Shown here one piece after another: positions 13,063 to 26,533 of a DNA stretch of 64,000 nt (positions are counted from its first letter, which is position 1; each line of letters opens with the position of its first letter). Source of the DNA: Eledone cirrhosa (taxonomy: Eukaryota). Below the pieces are notes generated by a model that saw nothing but the letters and a program-made list of their open reading frames with translations, made no database searches and had not been told where the DNA came from. Where the stretch lies: NCBI GenBank assembly GCA_964016885.1, contig OZ024740.1, positions 195,796,001-195,860,000 of the forward strand, written 5' to 3'. The position numbers and the translations under genes are program-made.

Positions 13063-14479
13063 CTTCTCTACTAATTTGCATATAAGAAAATCATATCATA
13101 CACTGAACTTTGAGAATGATCTTGAAATATATAGATTTTTTGTTTTTTACACTAGGTTCATATAAATTGAAACTGAAGTTTCGAAAAAAAATTTTCCTCA
13201 TAAAATATTGATAGGAATAATATTATAATTATGGCTATTGATTTCAGAACAGAATAAAAACATTTTGAAAGATAAAAGGACAGCTCTGATTATAAAGACT
13301 TGGAAGTTAATCAAAGACAGAAGCACTTAGTGCAGGTACTCAAGTCTCAATATTAGAATATTCAAAATTACAAATCAACGTGTTTGTATAATGATGAGTT
13401 TGAACTGTCTTATCAACGACTATAGAAATATTGACTTTTGCAAGCGAATGAAACAGCCATTGATTATAACAACACTGGTTTATTACTGGTAGTTAGTCTT
13501 TGGAGAGATGAAACACAAAACTGAACCCAGCAGAATTCAAAATTATAGATTAGTGTGTTTGTATAATTACAAGATTGAACTTTCTCATCAATGACTACAG
13601 AAATATTGATTTTGTAAAAGAATGGAACCATGGTTGATTACAACACCAGTTTCACATTATTGGTGTAATTGGTGCTTTTTCTCATGAATTCAGAAAGGTA
13701 AAAGCGAAGTTGAACACAGTAGGGTTTATTAAGTAGAAAGGTATTTCACTAAACTTCTCTTAATTGTTGGTTATTTTGATAACCACTGTTTACTTTCCTG
13801 ACATTTGTACATTATTCTATGTACTAAACATGCATCTTTGATGAGTTGTAGTGCACCTGAGCACTGTACACAATAATTTTCATTATTATATAAAATACCT
13901 AGGCAAAGTTAAATCCCGCCGAGGTTAACTTTGCCTTTCATCCTTACGGGGTCAATAAAATAAAGTACCAGTAATGTACTGGGTAATTGCTGGCCTTGTG
14001 CCTAAAGTAGAAACAATTATATTATAAAATACCTAGGCTGTATTTTTTGTTAGAAATGTGGTTATGAATGTATTAAGTCATTTTATTCTGATGAGTTTTT
14101 AGAGCTCATGGATGTTATCCAACCATCTTGCTTGACTGATCTCGCTTGAGAATTCAGCCAGATCAATTGGAGATGGTTGAAGATTTGAGAATTCTTCCCC
14201 CTTGATCCTGTCAAGAAGAAGAAGGAGGAGGAGAAGAAGGAGGAGGAGAAGAAGAAGAAGAAGGGTTTTTAGAGACTTCCTCAAAAGGCAATTTCAAATT
14301 TGAATGCCAGCAAAATTCCGCCCCCTTCCTTGCATTACACTTTTATAAACTTATCCACACAGAGCTAAAGACAGTAATGTCTCTATATAAAACTCATGCC
14401 AGGATTAATTTCAGATGCAGTTGTATCCTCTTATTGAACAAATGCTATATCTTAGTTAAAGAAACAAAGACCAGACTAT

Positions 14480-14990
14480 TCAGAATAGCCAGAGATAAAA
14501 CGATTTATTAATAACAAATTTAAAAAGTCATAAACAAATCTATTTTAAATAACAACACTATAGATATCTAAAACGGAAAATGAAGGCAAGGGCTTTGGGG
14601 TCACAGAAGAATGGGAGGGGGAAGAGGTGAGTGTGATGGGCTCTAGGCCTAGGGCACAGCGGTGTTGGGGCTGCACCCCATGAACATGACCACAAAAGCA
14701 TTTCCACAGACAATGGCTAGTTACACCTACTGCAACATTCTCCCCATCCTGTGAGGCTCCTTCCTCAGGCAGGCTGCTGATGTTCCAATCTTGTGGAGGA
14801 GCTCAGTAGTACGAGGTCCAAGTACCCCTGAGGTCTCAACAGCAACTGGCGGGAAAAGGAAGCGGCCAGACAATCCCCAGTACTTTTTTGTCTTCCTCAT
14901 CCTCTGCATTGTGGGCCGCAGTACCGGGGTTTGTGACCGAAGCGACTAAGTTGGAGGCGGAGAACATGTCACAACATGTGGTGTCTCATG
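14480..14990 (-). mobile_element. CRE-clade non-LTR retrotransposon 3' fragment (RLE C-terminus), decayed
   Basis: KKY..LSGRFLFPPVAVETSGVLG and LAIVCGNAF motifs; a shorter related piece lies at ~12670-12750. Confidence 0.7.
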
Positions 14991-17949
14991 AAAAGAATTA
15001 AAAATGAAATTAGATATGAAATATTGAGGCTTTTCAAAGTTAGAAACAGTAACATCATCATCGTTTAACATCTATCTTCCATGCTAGCATGGGTTTAGAC
15101 GAGAATTGTCCCCACTTGAGGCAAGATTGGTCGGGAAACCGTGTCTCGCTCGTATAGGACTGTCTGGCAGGTTTTCTACGGCTGGATGCCCTTCCTAACA
15201 CCAACCACGTTTACAGTGTGGACTGGGAGGTTTTTACCGTTTCAAATCCTAAATGAGAATTCTTATCAGACTGGGAAAAAATAAACAATTTCCTTCTAAA
15301 TATAGCCATTCATATTTATCATGACTGACCACAGAAAGGAATAGCAGCAAATAGCTTGCCAAACATCTCATGGGTTTCAGTTATACATCCAAGGTTTTCC
15401 CAGTTGTGTATCCACAATTGCATTCACATTTCCCTTGGGTATCTTGCTTCAGTTATCAGCAAGCCATGGTGATGTGATGAGAGAACAGGAGTTGTATAGC
15501 TACTCTATTCCTATTTCCATTTGGGTATCTTGCTACATTCATCTGTGAACCATGGTGGTGTGAGGAGAGTACAGGAGTTGTATAGCTACTCTATTCCTAG
15601 TACAGAAAGAAGTGAAAAAATCTCAAATAGATAAAAAAAACCACAAGAGATTTCCCTTGGATATGTCATGAAATCCACCAACCCTATATAATTGAAAAGT
15701 GTTTCAAGAACCAATAAATATATGCATCTTCATGTAGTGCCTCAAGAGCAAATTTTATAGGTGGAGCAAGACAATTCCTGGAATCATGGCTAAATATGTA
15801 GGAATGATGTTAAGTTTGTAAAGGAGGAGAATGAGAATTTATAACAGTTCTGCTTTCCCTCTAACAACAGCAGTGAAATAAAACTGACTCCAACTAGGAA
15901 AGATAACAAATTTATCGATACAGCTTGCCAGAAGTTTATCTGCAGTATTTGATAATTGTATATATTATTGCATGCTCTTCAAACTCTGCAACATACCCAT
16001 AAAACATTTTACAGATATGGATAGAAAAAAAAAAAGCTTGAAAATATTCAAAGCAAAATTCTAGATCAAACTGTAATATTTAATTGGAAAAAAGACTACA
16101 AACAGACTTGTTGCAAAACAATAACAACAGTAACATTGCCTTAATTCACCTAGATTTCAGAAATAATATTAGCTGTGATTGAATTACAAACTTAGGTAAG
16201 GATTTAGATTATCAGCTGCTGAATGTCATATAACCAGATCAAAAGTCATGTGAGACTTAAAAAATATTTATGTGTTCTACAATGTATTAAGATAACATTG
16301 TAGTAAGTCTTGTGGTAAGTACATTTGAATCATTAAAGATTTTGTTTCTATGTAGCATATCTACACAATACAGGTTGGGAAGAGCCTGTATCTCTTGATG
16401 TTATACCCACAGGAGGTGTTCAACTTTATCCTCCAAGTTAACAAAATACTCATCAATTTTACAGCCCTACCATTCCTTACTGAGGCAAATTGTTTCTACT
16501 CAGTGGTCTCTATTTACAAGGTATTGATTGTGTGCAAGGATATAGAAATACTTGAACTGGAGAGCAAGTATATTCCAAAACCATTGAGAGAGATGGACAC
16601 CTATAGATGGAAAACTCCAAATACAAACACTCTCTGTCTTTCAGACAAGGCTTTAACATATGATTGCCATTGACAGATCGTGTGGTGGTGATGATGATAG
16701 TTCTCCATTGGGCTGTGTCCTCTATTCATGTGCTGTATAGTCCAAGTCATGGTCTGCACCAATCACTGATGGATAAACACAGCTTATTTATGATTGACTA
16801 TCTAGTACAACTATCAATTCTAATACTCTATATACACTTAGTAAATATGTGTAGACTTCTTGTAAGTTTTAAATGTTTATTGGGTCATCCCCAAAGAGTT
16901 CTCCTTCATGAAGTGTAGTGTATCAAATATCAGATGAGTATAGTAAAGTCCATCCCACAACAAATTATTTATTAACCATAGCAGGTTTCATGTCTCTGTG
17001 GATTATCTGCAACCTGTTCATCTTGGGAAGAGTAAATGGAAGTGATATTAGCTTAATCAAGAATTGAACCTGCTTTTCAGTCTTGCCTAAACACCCCTCT
17101 ATGGTACTCATAGTTCAACACAAGATTTTTTTATCAGAGATTTTTGTTCGTTGTTGCAGTTTTTTGGGGTTTTTTAATAATAGTTATCAAAGAATATACA
17201 TCAAAATGGAACCTGAAAGAGTCATGTAAAATTTTGTTTTGTTAAAGATCAGAGAAAGAATCTCTGCTGACCTTTATCAATAGGCTGACATTAACTAACT
17301 CTTTGGTTCACATCTCAAAATCGATGTTGTATTGTTTCCATGGTAAAGACACTTAATTTCCAATAGCTCAGTTTTCCTAACTGTAAAAAGGTGCTATTTT
17401 ATTTTTTTAATAACCTATGTAAGTGTGGAACAATTATGTTCCATTTCAGGCTTTTTGTTTGATCTTAGACTGAGGTGAATTTTAGCTGATACTATTCTGT
17501 GGTTAGAAAAAACATTATCAAATGTATTAAATGCTATGCAGTTCATGGTACCATTTGCCTATTTTTTGTTGATGAATATATATAGTCTAAATTGTGCTTT
17601 TGAAGCATTAAGGTATGTGAATATCCACTGCTCGACAACTCACTTTTGATATCTTGTGTTAAGACAGATGAGACAGTTGTTAGATGTGAATTCATGCAGA
17701 TATTCTCCATTCCGATTAGCTGTTTTATGGAAGGTGATTATTATGATGATGATGATGGTGATGATGGCAATGGTGGTGATGATGATGCTAGCATGGAAGA
17801 TAGATGTTAAACGATGCTGATGATGATGGTGATGGTTGTATCTCATTCTCTAATGATCCTGTTAATCCACCCCCAGTGAACAAATGGGTAGTGGTGAAAA
17901 TATAAGACTTACTTAGACATAGAAGCTCCCATGTCATGAGATGCATGAG

Positions 17950-18420
17950 GCAACCAAAGTGCTCTAATGACCACAGTCAATTGCATCTATCAATACAACT
18001 TTTGTTGACAGGTTTCAGGTCCTTGTCAATTGTCTTTCGCCAGTTCATCTTGAGATACCCTCTTTGCCTCTTTCCATGGGGTACTAATACAAGATCTGAT
18101 TAATGTGTCTCTCATTTGGGAGTTGTGTGTCATGACCAAACCACCCAAGTTGTTGCTTGCACATGATGTTAGACACAGGTTGTTGGTGGGTTCATTGACA
18201 GACTTCTTTGTTGGTGATGAAGTCATCCCACTTGATGCCAAGGATTTTCCGTTGACATCTGGTGCCAAAAGCATCTAATTACTTCTCCACATTTTGCACT
18301 CATACAGGAGTGTTAAAGCACATTACTGTTATAAAATATCATCTTGGAGAGACTTAGTCAGGATTGTTCAACTGTGGTCACAATGATGATGAGGATGAGT
18401 TGAGTATTCCAGACATGTAT
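17950..18420 (-). mobile_element. Old RTE-clade LINE C-terminal fragment
   Basis: Frameshifted RCQRKILGIKWDDFITNKEV...QLGWFGH. Confidence 0.65.
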
Positions 18421-18763
18421 ACTGTTAGCATAATTCACAAGCTGAATCAGCATGATACTATATGTGACAAAGTTAGACCTCTGAATTAAAGGTACAGTCC
18501 ATCCAGTGGTCTTCTACACAGTTTCTGTCTACTCCTTTCCCCCATGAGGCTTCGGTTGACCTGAGGCTGTGATAAAGGCACTTACCTATGATGCCACCCA
18601 GTGGAATCGAACTTGGGATCTCATGAATTGTGATACATGGTTTTATATATATATATATATATATATATAAATATATATATATATTTATTAAAATAACAGA
18701 TTAAAGTTTAAGCAAAGAATCGCTGCTTTCACCCTTAACGGGATCTTCTGAAACTAAAAAAGT

Positions 18764-19057
18764 CAATCTGTGAACGCAGAAGTAAATATTTCAAAGAACG
18801 TTGCAACCGAAGAAAGACGATACTTTGGTTCGTGGAAACGTTCCCTCGCAAAGAACGGAAAAAAAACGAAGATAATACGTTATTATTTGGTGCAGTGAAA
18901 ACAATTACACGCGAAGACAAAACCACGTTTATGGTATAAATGAAGTCGTAGACTAATATTCTATTAGGTGGTTCATGGAGACGTTCTCTGGCAATGAACG
19001 AAAAAAACGAAGATAATACGTCATTATGTGGAGCAATGAGAACAATTACACGCAAAG
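18764..19057 (+). repeat. Fragment homologous to the interior of the 4209-5310 Helitron, with a partial tandem duplication
   Basis: AATCTGTGAACGCAGAAGTAAATATTTC...GTTTATGGTATAAATG matches ~4441-4650. Confidence 0.75.
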
Positions 19058-20594
19058 CCTTATCGAGCCCTCTTTGGATTTTAGTCTTCAAATTTATTAT
19101 TATTACTATATATATTTATATAATAAAGGTTTAGATTGATATCCACCAATTTCAATCTTGTTGTTTACAACAAATTCATTTGGGGCATACACAAAAGAGT
19201 AATTGTAATACAACATCCCAGCCAGAGCCTAAAGCTATGAAAACAATGTAATTATTGTATCAACAGATCAACATATGAAAACATATGATCTACATGATAA
19301 ATGCACCCAGTACACGATGGAGTTGGTTATAGAAACAGCATCCAGCCATAGAAAGCTTGCTAAACAAAGAGTTAGGAGGACACTTCAGTTATGTCAATAT
19401 GTCAAGCTCCCCTGTGCACTCGATAGAATGTAAGACCATACATAAGTGGGATGCCGACCCCATCCAGCCTAACTTGAGGTCAGTAGCCTTGCTGCAGTAC
19501 TGACTTGATCTCTGTAGATTTGTCTAATCCTTGCTGGCAGAGAAAGTGGAGAATGATGATGACATATATATATATCAAATAATTGTTTCTACTTTTGGCA
19601 CAAGGCCAGCAATTACACAGTGCATTACTGGTACTTTATTTTATCGACCCCGGAAGTATGAAAGGCAAAATCAACCTCAGCGTGATTTGAACTTAGATCG
19701 TTAAGGGACATAACTATATATATCAAATAATTGTTTCTATTTTAGGTACAAGGCCAGCAATTACCCAGTACATTACTGGTACTTTATTTTATCGACCCCG
19801 TAAGGATGAAAGGCAAAGTTAACCTCGGCGGGATTTGAACTCAGAATGGCAAGGGCCGTAACTTTATGCGTCAAAGCATGGCGTCCGACCCTCTACCAAT
19901 ACTGCCAATCCACTTACATATTATCATAATGGTAGTTAAGACGGGATTAAATCACCATAATTGTTTATTGCATTATATTTCCATTACATGGTTATTCATG
20001 TGACTTCGACAGATGCTTATGCAATCATTAGTGCAGTCATACAATCATTGTGATATGCCAGTGACTATGCATCTCCATCCAGTAGTGAAGTAGATCAGTA
20101 TATGGATCTTCTGTATGTTAAGTTCTAGTAGTTTATATATTTGTTTTCTGATTAGTCATGCTAGTCTTTCAGAATTTTCTAGTTTTTGACTGGCCTGTGG
20201 CTACTCTCAGCATGTGGTCCATCAGTTTATCTTCATTCTTTAGTTATTTCATTTTTGGACAGGTGTCGTTATGTCTGGTGATATAGGCAGTTAGAATTTT
20301 TGTTTTAGTTTTATGATCTCTATTCAGCCTCTACTTAGGTCAACCGAGGCAATGCTACCTGACAAAAATAACATTAACAACAATAACAGCAATGACAGCG
20401 ATGTTCACAGTAGTTAAGACAATGATGATGCTAAAATATAATGTAAATATAGTCATTCACCTGCACTTATATACTCCATCACTCAATATCACCTATCTGG
20501 GATAAACTATTGAGGTGTAGTGCTTTGGATTGCTAGGACCTGCTTATCATCAGGAAGTTACAACATAACACCTAAGATAAACATCACTCTTGTT

Positions 20595-20652
<58 letters not shown>

Positions 20653-20969
20653 ATGCATGTATAATAAACTTAAATTATACATTTACAAGCGTGACAAAAG
20701 ATGGAAAAAAGAGACCAGATTTGCTTGGAATCAAACCAGGTATGTCATATACATACATATTCACATAGACATGCACTCATGCACATACACACACATACTT
20801 ATATACTTATGTAAATAAGTATGTTTACTAAATATGTCTCAATCAATAGCTTGAAAAGGAAAAAGAAAAAAAAGAATGACAGAAAGAAAGAAAGAAAGAA
20901 ATGTAAGAATTATTTTTTTTTCTGCTCGAGGACATTGATCATATTTACACATGAATAATGAAGTCACAT

Positions 20970-21210
20970 GCTACTACAGCACTTAGTACTACCACAGCTA
21001 CTACCACAACTACTACAGCACTTAGTATTACCACAGTTACTACAGCAACTACTACCACTGCTACTACAGCACCTAATACTACCACAGCTACTACAGCAGA
21101 TACTACCACAGCTACTACTACCAGCGCTACTACCACTACTACTACCACAGCTACTACAGCACCTAATACTACCACAGCTGCTACAACAACAACTACAGCA
21201 GCTACTAAAG
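20970..21210. repeat. Compound (ACT/ACC/ACAGC)n low-complexity repeat
   Basis: Read directly; gives poly-T and poly-V pseudo-ORFs. Confidence 0.9.
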
Positions 21211-22145
21211 CAACCAAGCCAATGAGAAAGCACTTATATGCTCAACTGGCATGCTAGGAATAGTAGCCAAATTTTCCTCAAACCACACTTAGTCCAATAA
21301 GGAAAGGACACTGGAAAGATAAGATAATTCTAGAATCTAGGACTACCTTATATTTCCAATATGTCCTTTCTTTATTTGACAGTGTGTATCTAGGACCTAG
21401 ATTCATAGTCAGAAATTTAGAAAAAATGAATGGTTATGGCTATAATTGTTTCTACTTTTTGGCACAAGGCCAGCAATTACCCAGTGCATTACTGGTACTT
21501 TATTTTATCGACCTCGTAAGGATGAAAGGCAAAGTTAACCTCGACAGGATTTGAACTCAGATCATAAAGGGTGATAACTCTATGCTGCAAAGCATGGCGT
21601 TCGACCCTCTACTAATACTGCCAATCCACCGCCATATGACATTATAACATTATATAACAAACATATAACATTGTGGCTATAATGCCATCATTTTATATGT
21701 CTGTTCAAGGGCAGTGGATTGGTAGTATCAATAGAAAGCCGGACAACATGCTTTGCAGCATAGAGTTATGATCTTTTATGTTCTTTTATGTACTATTGTA
21801 TTTTCACAGTACAGGCTTTATCTCACATAATATCTCACATAATATCAAATCTATGAGATTTTGATATTATTTATTTTGAGAAAAATAAACATCAGTATGA
21901 GTGGCAATTTACAGCAGGTTTGAACAGAAAGAGGTGAGAGAATTCTGGCTGGATACAGCTGATTTAAATCCTAAAGGGTTAATCGACTTTCCCCTCCTCC
22001 AAAATTATTAGCCTTATGCCTAAATCAGAAACAATTCTATGTCTGCACATTTGAGGTTTGACATGTGTCTAAACAACAACAACAGCAGTTGTTAGAATGT
22101 TACAGGCCAATCAGTGAGTCATGGCTGGATTGACGGAGTGATTTA

Positions 22146-22660
22146 AAATAATAATGAAATTATTGTGTAAAGTGCTCAGGTGCACCACAACTCGTCAAAG
22201 GTGCATGTATAGTACATAGAATAATATACAAATGTCAGGGAAGTGAATAGTGTCTGAGTCATAATATACATGTGTGTATGTGTATGGAGGGGAATATTTG
22301 GTGTAGTGTTGGCGAATCTCGGGAAGCATGGGGGTTTTAAAGGATGCAGTCTCTCGACAGCTAACAACTGATGCAGGTAGTTTGTTCCATGCTTCAGCAA
22401 CTCTGAGCATGAAAAAATGTTTCCGAAAGTCATGGGAACTGTGCTGTTTTCTGACTTTGTGGACATGTCCACGTGTGTTAGACACATGGAAATAAAAAAG
22501 GTACTCAGGGTTGTTATTGGCAAGATGGTTAATAATTTTGTGGGTGTTTACAAAAGTCAGTTGCCAGACATCAGAACTTCAATGTATCCATGCCCAGGGA
22601 AGCAAGGCGTTCAGAGTATGGTAGATGCCTGAAGGAGATTTGATTGCTATTCTTAGCAGG
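22146..22660 (-). mobile_element. CR1-clade LINE 3' end (ORF2 C-terminus and 3'UTR); 3'UTR piece also at ~13785-13890 (+)
   Basis: NTRGHVHKVRKQHSSHDFRKHFFMLRVAEAWNKLP is the typical CR1 C-terminal motif; (ATT)n tail. Confidence 0.85.
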
Positions 22661-22666
22661 TTTAAT

Positions 22667-22731
22667 CGACCTTCTGCAGGTTTAATCGACTTTCTGCAGG
22701 TTTAATCGACTTTCTGCAGGTTTAATCGACT
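22667..22731. repeat. 20-bp tandem repeat (GCAGGTTTAATCGACTTTCT, ~3.5 copies; unit first appears at ~22656)
   Basis: Read directly. Confidence 0.85.
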
Positions 22732-23738
22732 GCCCAGAGATTCCCTTAAAAATTCATGTTGAAGTTGTTGTTGTTTTTTCTAGGCCTGCCTTAATTAAGC
22801 TGCACTATGACCAATTCCATCCCAGCTATGACAATCTTATCGTTTATTCAGATATAGTATATCTAGGACTATATTATCCCCTGTGTCTTTTCTACATTCA
22901 ACATGGTAGAGTGTTAGTTAAGGGGATTTGTCTGCTATTTCTAGCAGCTTTTGCAACCACTTAGAGGCTTGCTTATTGGCTCAACTCATGTTGATGTTGA
23001 AACTGTTAGAGTTTCTTACTGTATTGTTGATGATGATGATGATTTTGCTATTGTTATTATTAGTATCAGATTAGCCCTGATTGAGAAATCCTATTATTAA
23101 AAAAAAAGGACTCGAACAACAAGATCCCACATCTCATTCTCTTACCAAGTGGGGCTTGTCAAATCAGACCAAGAAAACATTTCCATTAGTCTTTCCATTG
23201 CTCACACTATCTACCAGTTGCAACTCCTGGCGGAAGGAGCAACGTGAAATAAACTGTCTTGCCTTACTTCATTCATTATTCTGTTGAATACAAATATCGA
23301 TATTTTCATGTGAACTTTTCATGTAAAATGTCTCACCAATATGCTGGTAATTTATCAATACTGTCAACTGGATTAAATACATTAGAGACTACTCAAACCA
23401 ACCAACCTTTAAATTAGATTTAAGCCTGAAAAGAATTGCTTTTCACACCTTCCCATACCTTATTTTAATATCATCCAATGATATATCCTGTATCAGGATA
23501 TATAGAGAAATACTAGGAGTGTGGTTATTATTATCTCATATACAAAACGTTGGTTTAGAGATTTTTTGTTTTATTTTATTTTATTTATTTTAGCATGACT
23601 TTGCGTTAAAAATATTACTTCACAATCATTGGCAGGCAAGTGTTTTCTACCATAGCCTTGTATTGTGAGTGAAATATGCTAGACAGAATCAGTATTGAAG
23701 TCTGTTGAATATGTTAATATCATCATCATATATATATT

Positions 23739-23778
<40 letters not shown>

Positions 23779-24317
23779 CATTTAATTTATTGATTTATTG
23801 ATTTTTTATCTGAGTGTCCCGAATCTTCCGGATCAAAAATTTTCGATCGTACGGTTGATTATAGACTTGTTCTATGTGTTGACGGTATTTTAACGATAGT
23901 TATAGCTCTGATTTATCTAAATTATGGAGCACTCTGCCGCTCATATCGAATTTTGTTTATCGTGAACTCGTGCGCCGATTTTTCGATACTCGATTATTCT
24001 ACTATATATATATATATATATATAAGTTGAAATAAAATGAAAACGAAATTTCATTTCTCACTCTTAGTACGGCACTTACTTAAATGTAAGTATGTATGTA
24101 TACGTACATACATATATGTATACAGACGTACAGTAGCATGCATATATATATATATATATATATACATACAGGTACACATACATATATGCACGTATCAGTT
24201 TAGCGGACGCTTATTATAACGCCGCTTTGTTCCTTTGTAAACAAACTGAACAGCCTGATTTATGCCATACGGTGTTAAGGCAACCACGTCACCTTTTTGT
24301 TCAACACTGACACAGGA

Positions 24318-24360
24318 ACGATGTACTAGTTTCAAGCTTGTTAGCTATCATCAGCACCAT
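24318..24360 (-). ncRNA. Minimal type-I hammerhead ribozyme motif
   Basis: AUGGUG-CUGAUGA-UAGCUAACAAGCUU-GAAA-CUAG-UA-CAUCGU; palindromic stem III ACUAGU; GUA triplet. Confidence 0.75.
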
Positions 24361-24462
24361 ACACCCTTCTGCCAGATAGTTGAACGTTCGAAAGTATATA
24401 CTTTCCTTATGAAAAGGGAAAGTATATACTTTCGAACGTTCAACCATCTGGCAGAAAGGTAT

Positions 24463-24505
24463 ACGGTGCTGACGATAGCTAACAAGCTTGAAACTAGTAC
24501 ATCGT
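24463..24505 (+). ncRNA. Minimal type-I hammerhead ribozyme motif
   Basis: ACGGUG-CUGACGA-UAGCUAACAAGCUU-GAAA-CUAG-UA-CAUCGU; predicted cleavage after 24499. Confidence 0.75.
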
Positions 24506-24751
24506 TCCTGTGTCAGTGTTGAACAAAAAGGTGACGTGGTTGCCTTAACACCGTATGGCATAAATCAGGCTGTTCAGTTTGTTTACAAAGGAACAAAGCG
24601 GCGTTATAATAAGCGTCCGCTAAACTGATACGTGCATATATGTATGTGTACCTGTATGTATATATATATATATATATATGCATGCTACTGTACGTCTGTA
24701 TACATATATGTATGTACGTATACATACATACTTACATTTATATATATATGT

Positions 24752-26533
24752 AACTACAGGAGAAGTACCTAGCTAAAAGTAAACCCCTATACTTAGCTTT
24801 CGTCGACTTGGAGAAAGCCTTCGACAGAGTCCCCCGTTCCATTATCTGGTGGTCTCTTAGAAAACTAGGTGTTGACGAATGGCTTGTGAGAGCTATACAA
24901 GCCATGTATAAAGAAACAGTCAGTAAGGTTAGAATTAACAACGAATATAGTGAAGAGTTTAGCGTAAAAGTTGGTGTCCATCAGGGCTCTGTTCTTAGCC
25001 CCCTACTATTTATTATTGCCCTTCAGGCTATAACAGAGGAGTTCAAGACCGGCTGCCCATGGGAACTCCTATACGCAGATGATCTAACACTCATAGCTGA
25101 ATCAATGACCGAACTAGATAAGAAATTCCAAACATGGAAGCACGGCCTAGAATCAAAAGGCCTTAAAATTAACCTGGCTAAGACTAAAGTTCTAGTTTGT
25201 AGGAAAGAAAATAAGGCGGCGGTCCCATCTGGGAAATGGCCATGCTCAGTGTGTAGGAAAGGCGTAGGTAGAAACTCCATTTTATGTCCCAAATGCAAAG
25301 TATGGGTGCATAAAAGATGTAGTGGGATCACAGGTAAGCTAACTAAGAACATAGATTTTACATGTGGCCGGTGCTCTGGTGCAATAAGTAGCAGCAAGTG
25401 CCCACAAAATACTAGCTCCTTCAACTGCGCAGAGGGTTCTATAGAAATAGTGGACAGCTTCCGTTATCTGGGTGACAAAATCAGCAGTGGGGGAGGGTGC
25501 TCTGAAAGTACAGTAGCTAGAGTCAGAACTGGATGGAAAAAGTTCAGAGAGCTTATACCACTATTAGCCGCTAGAGGGTTCTCCCTAAAAATGAAAGGCA
25601 GGTTATACGATGCCTGCATACGAACAGCAATGCTGCATGGCAGTGAGACCTGGGCATTGTGTGCAGAGGATATACGCAGACTAGAGAGGAACGAAGCTTG
25701 CATGCTCCGCTGGATGTGCAATAGTAATATACGTGAACGGCAAAGCATAAACGAACTAAGGAAAAAATTAAAAATAAGAGGGATCAGATGTTGTTTACTC
25801 GAGAGAAGGCTACGTTGGTACGGTCACGTGATGCGCATGAAAGATGACAGCTGTATAACAAAGTGCAGGGCAATAAAGATAGACGGTAGCCACGGAGGAG
25901 GCAGACCCAGAAAAACATGGGACGAGCTGATAAATTCCGACCTCACACGCTTACACCTCTCCAAGACAATGTCACTGGACCGAGACCTTTGGCGGTACTC
26001 AGTAATAGAGAAGACCCGCCTTACCTAAATACAAAGTAAAAACCTACTACAGTCAGTAGGCATCTCTATCAAAACACACCCCCGTCCCACCACCTCCACC
26101 CCACCCACACCGCCCCTTTCAATGTAAAGTTATGTTGGTCCTACAACATCCAGGCCGAAACAAATGAGATCGTGTAGGTGTCACGACAAAAAACACACAG
26201 TCCACGCTGTAAATGTGGCCGTGTAGGCAACCCGGTAAAAACCTCCCAGCCCCACACTGTAAATGTGGTTGGTGTTAGGAAGGGCATCCAGCTGTAGAAA
26301 ACCCGCCAGACAGTCCACGCTGTAATGTGGCCGTGTAGGCAACACGGTAAAAACCTCCCAGCCCCACACTGTAAATGTGGTTGGTGTTAGGAAGGGCATC
26401 CAACTGTAGAAAACCCGCCAGACAGTCCTATGCGAGCAAGACAAGCACTCTTGCCTCAAGTGGGAAAACCCCCGTCCAAACCCATGCAAGCGTGGAACAC
26501 GGACGCTAAACCTGATGATGATGATGATGATGA

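Larger units (their letters stand above)
24081..24740. repeat. 660-bp near-perfect palindrome (arms 24081-24406 and 24417-24740, 10-nt loop) with a hammerhead on each arm
   Basis: Arm-by-arm comparison shows 5 transitions and one TA-unit difference. Confidence 0.95.

Noticed and set aside
18700-18745. Minus-strand CAGAAGA-UCCC-guuaa-GGGU-GAAA hammerhead-like string
   Set aside because: The invariant U4 is changed and stems I and III cannot be formed.
20945-21257. Mucin-like Thr-rich or Cys-rich ORFs
   Set aside because: Trinucleotide low-complexity repeat open in several frames on both strands, with no splice or protein context.
24262-24561. Two near-identical 86-aa ORFs on opposite strands
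   Set aside because: A by-product of the palindrome; no recognisable domain.
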